Shown in pieces: positions 58,991 to 64,000 of a stretch of 64,000 nucleotides of DNA. The position numbers and the translations under genes are program-made. Positions within the stretch are counted from its first letter, which is position 1. Every line of letters starts with the position of its first letter. The stretch lies in IMG/VR virus record IMGVR_UViG_3300036769_000405; one strand, written 5' to 3'. Under the pieces are notes generated by a model. It did no database searches, had not been told where the DNA came from, and worked only from the letters and a program-made list of their open reading frames with translations. The DNA is from an uncultured virus (IMG/VR IMGVR_UViG_3300036769_000405) (taxonomy: Duplodnaviria > Heunggongvirae > Uroviricota > Caudoviricetes).

Positions 58991-60973
58991 ATGAGTCTAA
59001 CTAAACTTGTAATTGTAGCCTTAATCCTAATGATTGTTGTATCAGTTTTTCTGATTTCTGCTATGAATGCTCTTTCAAAGAAAAAGAAGATTTCAGAGAA
59101 GCAGAAGATGCAGCAATACAATAAACGATTTCGTTTCTATTACGATTTCGTTTTAACACGCTCGATGTTCCGTAAGATATATGGACAGGTGGCATCACTT
59201 TCAGTTTACAATATGCTTGAATGCAGAATGATAACTGTTAAGTTTTTTGAGAAAGCTTTGATTACAGCTATTATACTTTTTATACTAGGATTCATTGGAA
59301 TGGGTGATCCTGTATCAGGTGTAGTACTTATGTTATTTGCTTTGGTACTTATCAATAGCACTGTCAGTAAGCGAATTGACGATGTAAATTTCAAATCTCT
59401 AAAATCAATGTCACAATTGATACAATCAATACGAGAGTGTTATACACGTGTCAGAAATGTTCCTGATGCAATCAATGATGCTCAATGCCCACCACTATTA
59501 CAAAAACAGATGGATGAAATCTATCTGATATGTACAGCAAACAATGCAAGAGAGCGTCTAAATGAGTTCTACAAAAAGTGTCCTAACAGAATTATGAGAA
59601 CATTAGCTACCACTTGTTATATAAGAACTGATGCTGGTGAGGGAAATGCTAAAACGTATTCTCCATTTAAACAAGCTTTAGGTCTTATCAAAGATGAAGT
59701 GGATATGGAAGTTCGTCGCCAGATTAACCAGCGGCTTATGTTTAACGCGTTGGACAAATTACCTTTTGTACCATTATTCTTATACCCGTTTATCAAGATA
59801 TTCTATACGAATATGATTTCCGCTACAACAAGTGTGTTTGATAGTACAACGGGATATCTTATTAAGTTAGCTGTTGTATTAGCTAGCTTTGTATCATATT
59901 ACATGTTAACAACTATGAATAATCCTTCTATTGCTCGTTCAGATGATAGAATGTTGATTCTGGAAAAGTTAATGTATAGAGATAATGTACAAAAGTTTGC
60001 AAGAACATTGGTAACAAAGAATTGGAAAAAGAGGCATGATACAGAGAAGAAACTTGAGGGTTGTTTATCTTCTAAGACGATAGACTATTATTACCTTGAG
60101 AAGTTTGTATATGGGATAGTGCTTTTTCTGGCAAGTATCATTGTGTCTATTGTGATACTAATATTTGCACGGAATGCCTGTTACAATGGTCTCTCAGCCT
60201 CCACAATGTCAGCAACATTAACATATACATCTGATCAAGAGAAACAAACTCTTGAGTATGATCACGAAGTATTAGCACTTGATGCTTTACCTAGTGAGGA
60301 TGATATGTACAGCCAATTCGAATTGATATTTCCAAAAGCAACAACAGTAGAATTGGATGCTCAAGTTGAGCGTTTAACTCAGAAGTACAAGACTTGGAAT
60401 AAATTAGGTTTCAAATGGTGGTTTGCTTTCATCTATATTGCAGTAGCTTTTATAGGTTGGAACATACCTAATGCATTACTTAAGTTACGTGTTAAGTTAG
60501 TGCAGTCTGAAGCCGAAATGGATGTCCTACAGCTCCAAACGATTATAGCTATTTTGATGGATACACCTCTCGACACTTTAAGTGTTATTTACTGGTTATC
60601 AAAATCATCAGATATTCATAAAGATATCCTAACATATTGTTATCATGAATATGTAAGATATCCAGAATATGCTATTAATCACTTGAAGTCAAAGTCAGCA
60701 AGTGCTGAGTTCAGTTCTATGTGTGATAAGTTGTTAACCACAATTTATCAAGTAACTCTCGCTGAAGCTTTTGAGGATTTAATTGCTGAGCGAGACAATA
60801 CTATGAAAATTCGAGAAGTTGTGCAGCTTGATGCACTGAAGTCAAAACGTAATTTAGCAGGACCTATTGCTACGATGCCCATGATTGTTTGGATGGTAGC
60901 AGCATTCATACTACCTATTGGAATAGTTGCTGTAAGGTCGGCTATCTCTATGATTGGACAATTAAACATGTAA
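58991..60973 (+). CDS. TadB/TadC-like fused inner-membrane platform protein
   Basis: 660 aa with two T2SSF-like repeats (TM pair-helical domain-TM), directly after TadA. Confidence 0.7.
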   Translation: MSLTKLVIVALILMIVVSVFLISAMNALSKKKKISEKQKMQQYNKRFRFYYDFVLTRSMFRKIYGQVASLSVYNMLECRMITVKFFEKALITAIILFILGFIGMGDPVSGVVLMLFALVLINSTVSKRIDDVNFKSLKSMSQLIQSIRECYTRVRNVPDAINDAQCPPLLQKQMDEIYLICTANNARERLNEFYKKCPNRIMRTLATTCYIRTDAGEGNAKTYSPFKQALGLIKDEVDMEVRRQINQRLMFNALDKLPFVPLFLYPFIKIFYTNMISATTSVFDSTTGYLIKLAVVLASFVSYYMLTTMNNPSIARSDDRMLILEKLMYRDNVQKFARTLVTKNWKKRHDTEKKLEGCLSSKTIDYYYLEKFVYGIVLFLASIIVSIVILIFARNACYNGLSASTMSATLTYTSDQEKQTLEYDHEVLALDALPSEDDMYSQFELIFPKATTVELDAQVERLTQKYKTWNKLGFKWWFAFIYIAVAFIGWNIPNALLKLRVKLVQSEAEMDVLQLQTIIAILMDTPLDTLSVIYWLSKSSDIHKDILTYCYHEYVRYPEYAINHLKSKSASAEFSSMCDKLLTTIYQVTLAEAFEDLIAERDNTMKIREVVQLDALKSKRNLAGPIATMPMIVWMVAAFILPIGIVAVRSAISMIGQLNM

Positions 60974-60987
60974 GGAGTTTTTAGAAC

Positions 60988-61536
60988 ATGGGTAAACAAA
61001 GTGAACTTATCGGTGAGGTAATCGATGGTAAACTTAAACATAATCGTACCATTGGGGATGAAGAATTTGATACTATTTTAGTATCATTTAAAGGAACTCA
61101 GATCCCTGTACTGTTTTCACATTTCGTGAACAGTACTGACTTTGAAAACGGTTCAAAGTTAAAGATTACCGGATGTCTTATATCAGATATCGCCGAGGGA
61201 AAACTTCCTGTATTCTATTTTTATGCAAACTCTATTGAGTTAGCAGATTTAGATGCGGAAACAACTAACGAGATTAATTTCTCTTGTACCGTAACAAAGG
61301 TAAGAGAATTTCAATCTAACAGTCGCTGTATCGATATTTTACCATTGGTGGCTGCAGATGGTTCACCACTTAATACAACGTCTGTACTTTATTTGTGTGC
61401 CCGTATGCAGGCCGCTAGAAAACTGAGGAACAAGGAAAAAGGATATACTATTGTCGGTAGAGGTTATTTGAAACAATTCAGAGACATCTACGAGATCTTG
61501 ATTACAAAAGTTGAGAATCTCGATGAATTACAATAA
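60988..61536 (+). CDS. Tandem-OB single-stranded DNA-binding protein (clostridial type)
   Basis: G....L.H...G.EF....V....IPV..S...NEI.F...V.K...L.L.A....A..L..G..I...G.L pattern of two-OB SSBs. Confidence 0.6.
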   Translation: MGKQSELIGEVIDGKLKHNRTIGDEEFDTILVSFKGTQIPVLFSHFVNSTDFENGSKLKITGCLISDIAEGKLPVFYFYANSIELADLDAETTNEINFSCTVTKVREFQSNSRCIDILPLVAADGSPLNTTSVLYLCARMQAARKLRNKEKGYTIVGRGYLKQFRDIYEILITKVENLDELQ

Positions 61537-61619
61537 ACCGAAAATTTACACTTACTTGTTAGTAAACAAGTTTATACTTCGCTAGTTAAAACATCTAATT
61601 TTAGGAGGTATATATATTT

Positions 61620-62231
61620 ATGAATTCTGATGAAGGCGTAAGCATGGCCAAAATGGCTGTCACAGTGTTACTTGTTGTTCTCGTAATCGGTGCCGTTGTA
61701 GGTATCGTTTATGCAGCTTATAGCTGGTTTGGTAATGGTACTAGTAAACTGACTGATACTGTTACATCTATCGACAGATCAGCTTATTCTCAATATGATG
61801 ATGCTCAGGTTACAGGATCTGATGTGTTATCAGCACTCAAGACTTATAGAGAATCTGATATTTCAATCTTTATAAGTAATAACTCTATGGACGGTTATGA
61901 GAATTACTCATCCGGGAAAGCAGTTGAGGCTTGTAATTATTGCTCTCGCGTTTATACAAAATGCGGTACTAATTCTGGCAATGCACCTGATGCTAATGAT
62001 TCTGGTAATTATGTTGTTGAATTATCACTTGAAGATGACACATTTTCTTGTGCTGATTTTATTTATGACTCTTCGAAGATTTCAACGCTTCACAATACAA
62101 ACTTCAGTCCTACTACTACTACCAGCAATACACAGGCTTATGTGAAACAGTCTGCTAAATGGTATGCTAAGTTGGTATATTCTGAAACGACCAACGATGT
62201 AGCAGGTATCCTGTTCATGCAGATGAACTAA
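61620..62231 (+). CDS. Pilin-like protein (probable major subunit)
   Basis: Short leader MNSDEG|VSM, long hydrophobic helix, YSQYDDAQVTGSDVLSAL motif, C-terminal GILF.Q. Confidence 0.65.
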   Translation: MNSDEGVSMAKMAVTVLLVVLVIGAVVGIVYAAYSWFGNGTSKLTDTVTSIDRSAYSQYDDAQVTGSDVLSALKTYRESDISIFISNNSMDGYENYSSGKAVEACNYCSRVYTKCGTNSGNAPDANDSGNYVVELSLEDDTFSCADFIYDSSKISTLHNTNFSPTTTTSNTQAYVKQSAKWYAKLVYSETTNDVAGILFMQMN

Positions 62232-62357
62232 CATGTTCTAAGTTTTCTACAGAGAACGAAGTATCCCTGATACTTCTAGTACCTGTATAGTATCGACGTT
62301 ACATTAAGTCATGCTTAATTAAATAAGATACTATCCAATATGAAAGGAGAGAACTTT

Positions 62358-63017
62358 ATGGATGAGGCAAAACTTTTAACGCACATGTCAGTTTCTGCAA
62401 TTTTATCTGCAATGGTGTTAGCAGCTGCCATAGGTCTGATCGGAGTTGGTTATACTATTTGGGCCTACTTCTCTCGACAAGATGCAGCTAATCAACGGAT
62501 GGCAACTTATGCCAATTATACTGCTTTTGATAATACGACTGTTCGAGGTCAGGAAGTCATTAGTCTTCTTGAAAGTGATCTTGACCTCTTTGTAATTATA
62601 TATGACGGAACAAGTTCCGATAAAACAATTGATAATATGAAAGTAAGTAGCAATCCACGTGCTATCTATTATTCTGATGTATCAGGTGTTAATAATTTTA
62701 ACTTTGGTTCTATACAATCAACAAGTAATGCAAACACTACATGTGCTAATGCATTGACAAGATTAAAAAGTCTCGGTAATAAAACACCTAGTACATTATC
62801 AGTTACTTACAATCTTAATAACGTAAGTCATTCAGACCTTATAGCTTATTTTACAGATGCAAGACTTGGTAAAATAGCTAAAGATAACAAGGGTAATCTA
62901 ATCAATACAGGTACATACTCAGCTTTTAAATCTACACTTGTTTATGCAGAAGATGGTACTACTGATGTTGTAGGTATTATTCTTGTTAGAGCAAGTGCTG
63001 ATGTTACATCATATTAG
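62358..63017 (+). CDS. Pilin-like protein
   Basis: N-terminal hydrophobic helix; YTAFDNTTVRGQEVISLL and DVVGIILV match 61620..62231. Confidence 0.65.
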   Translation: MDEAKLLTHMSVSAILSAMVLAAAIGLIGVGYTIWAYFSRQDAANQRMATYANYTAFDNTTVRGQEVISLLESDLDLFVIIYDGTSSDKTIDNMKVSSNPRAIYYSDVSGVNNFNFGSIQSTSNANTTCANALTRLKSLGNKTPSTLSVTYNLNNVSHSDLIAYFTDARLGKIAKDNKGNLINTGTYSAFKSTLVYAEDGTTDVVGIILVRASADVTSY

Positions 63018-63029
63018 GGAGGTGATACT

Positions 63030-63572
63030 TTGAATGTAAATGAGGGTATCACACTCACAAAGATGGCAATTGGAGTTTCATTAACTGTACTTTTACTTGG
63101 AGCTGTCCTTGGTGTATGGTATTTAATGTCTTCGCATGAGAGTAAACTTCAAGCTTCTATGGAGACAGCATCATTATCAGCTGCTACAGAGAGATTATAT
63201 GAGTTTCAAGATATGTCTCAGACCGCTGATGTTACTGGTGTTTATGAAGATCATCCATTGGTTACAAATGTATGTAATGCTTTAAGTGAATATAATGAAG
63301 ATAGTTTATTATTCATTTATGTAACAGTAAAAGATGGCAATTCTTATACTGATACACATTATTATACTTACAATGGTGTCTCTTTAAACTCTACAAGTTT
63401 ATCCTCGTTTCCTGGACATTCTTCAGCTACACAACTTTATAGTGGAACAGAAATACCTGTAACATATGCAGTTAAACAACTACTAACTTATTCACAATAC
63501 AGATGTCATGTCGAGTTAGGTAATTATAATAGTACCTATACTTACATTGTCGTAGAAGTATTGTTAAATTAA
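63030..63572 (+). CDS. Pilin-like protein
   Basis: MNVNEG|ITLTKMAIGV parallels MNSDEG|VSMAKMAVTV. Confidence 0.65.
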   Translation: MNVNEGITLTKMAIGVSLTVLLLGAVLGVWYLMSSHESKLQASMETASLSAATERLYEFQDMSQTADVTGVYEDHPLVTNVCNALSEYNEDSLLFIYVTVKDGNSYTDTHYYTYNGVSLNSTSLSSFPGHSSATQLYSGTEIPVTYAVKQLLTYSQYRCHVELGNYNSTYTYIVVEVLLN

Positions 63573-63584
63573 GGAGGTGATTGT

Positions 63585-64000
63585 ATGGGATTAAGTGATT
63601 TAAATTCAGATGAATTCGAGTCTATGTTTGAGTTGATAATCATTATTATATTTATGTCCTTTGGAATATGGGCAACGACTTTAATGGTTAAAGACATGGC
63701 TGCTCATGTAGAGTTAAGTAATCATCCTGACAAGATTGCAATAACTTCTACAATACATTATGCAGAAGATCCATTTTGGTATACGGGTTACCAAGCTTAT
63801 ATGTTCTCTTGGCATATGGACGAACTTTCAGATGAATCATTATCCTATGTTGGGGGCTCTATGAGTACTGGAATGGCTTCAGCTAGATTAGATGGGACAG
63901 ATAACAATCATGTAACCTTATCTACATTGACTACAGACTCTTCAGGGAATACTACACGAATAACACAATTCCTTACTTGGAGAAATCAGATGATAACTGG
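63585..64000 (+). CDS. Pilin-like protein, 3'-truncated by the window
   Basis: AAGGAGGTG RBS; MGLSDLNSDEFESMFELIIIIIFMSFGIW... hydrophobic N-helix; open to the window end. Confidence 0.55.
   Translation, partial: MGLSDLNSDEFESMFELIIIIIFMSFGIWATTLMVKDMAAHVELSNHPDKIAITSTIHYAEDPFWYTGYQAYMFSWHMDELSDESLSYVGGSMSTGMASARLDGTDNNHVTLSTLTTDSSGNTTRITQFLTWRNQMIT

Larger units (their letters stand above)
1..64000 (+). mobile_element. Segment of a giant, probably conjugative element (megaplasmid/ICE-like) of a low-GC Firmicute
   Basis: Uninterrupted + strand gene orientation, mostly orphan ORFs, VirB4-like ATPase, Tad cluster, own DnaB/DnaC/primase-ZBD/SSB/RNase H/RuvC-like and thyA. No housekeeping operons and no recognisable virion genes. 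Confidence 0.7.

Noticed and set aside
1889..61041. Minus-strand ORFs and short alternative-frame + ORFs in the track (e.g. 1889-2251, 29424-29789, 41010-41312, 58598-58951)
   Set aside because: All lie within longer, motif-supported + strand genes and have shadow-like composition.
1..64000. Jumbo phage identity (single-strand orientation, thyA, helicase, NADAR)
   Set aside because: No terminase, portal, capsid or tail genes recognised, while VirB4-like and Tad genes are present. Not excluded for the rest of the contig.
1..64000. CRISPR array, IS elements, integrase, reverse transcriptase/DGR
   Set aside because: No regularly spaced direct repeats and no transposase, recombinase or RT motifs seen by eye.

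Overview
Low-GC, gene-dense window. Essentially every credible gene over 64 kb is on the + strand with Firmicutes-type AGGAGG ribosome-binding sites. It reads as part of a very large extrachromosomal or integrative element (megaplasmid/giant conjugative element; host probably Clostridia/Lachnospiraceae-like, inferred). No capsid, terminase, portal, relaxase or VirD4 gene was recognised. Modules: (1) 1-15.8 kb cargo: methyl-accepting chemotaxis protein, thyA, YkvA/DUF1232, DUF3892, two tRNA-like RNAs and a tandem array of degenerate HEPN-like proteins. (2) 15.9-39.7 kb putative transfer module: three very large membrane proteins, a PrgI/VirB3-like protein, degenerate MinD-like proteins, a VirB4-like ATPase and four membrane-anchored peptidoglycan hydrolases of different classes, interleaved with acidic single-pass proteins. 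(3) 39.7-54.5 kb: Gly/Ala-zipper paralogue pair plus an own replication/repair kit (DnaC-like, RNase H, DnaB, NADAR, primase Zn-finger, RuvC-like). (4) 54.6-64 kb: Tad-type pilus cluster (CpaB/SAF, TadZ-like, TadA, TadB-C fusion, SSB, four pilin-like genes). The most unusual signals are a conserved ~40-aa C-terminal module shared by otherwise unrelated proteins (candidate export/targeting tag), the T4SS+Tad combination, the modular hydrolase set, and two atypical tRNA-like elements with 9-bp closing stems. All family calls are from motif recognition by eye; no searches were run.
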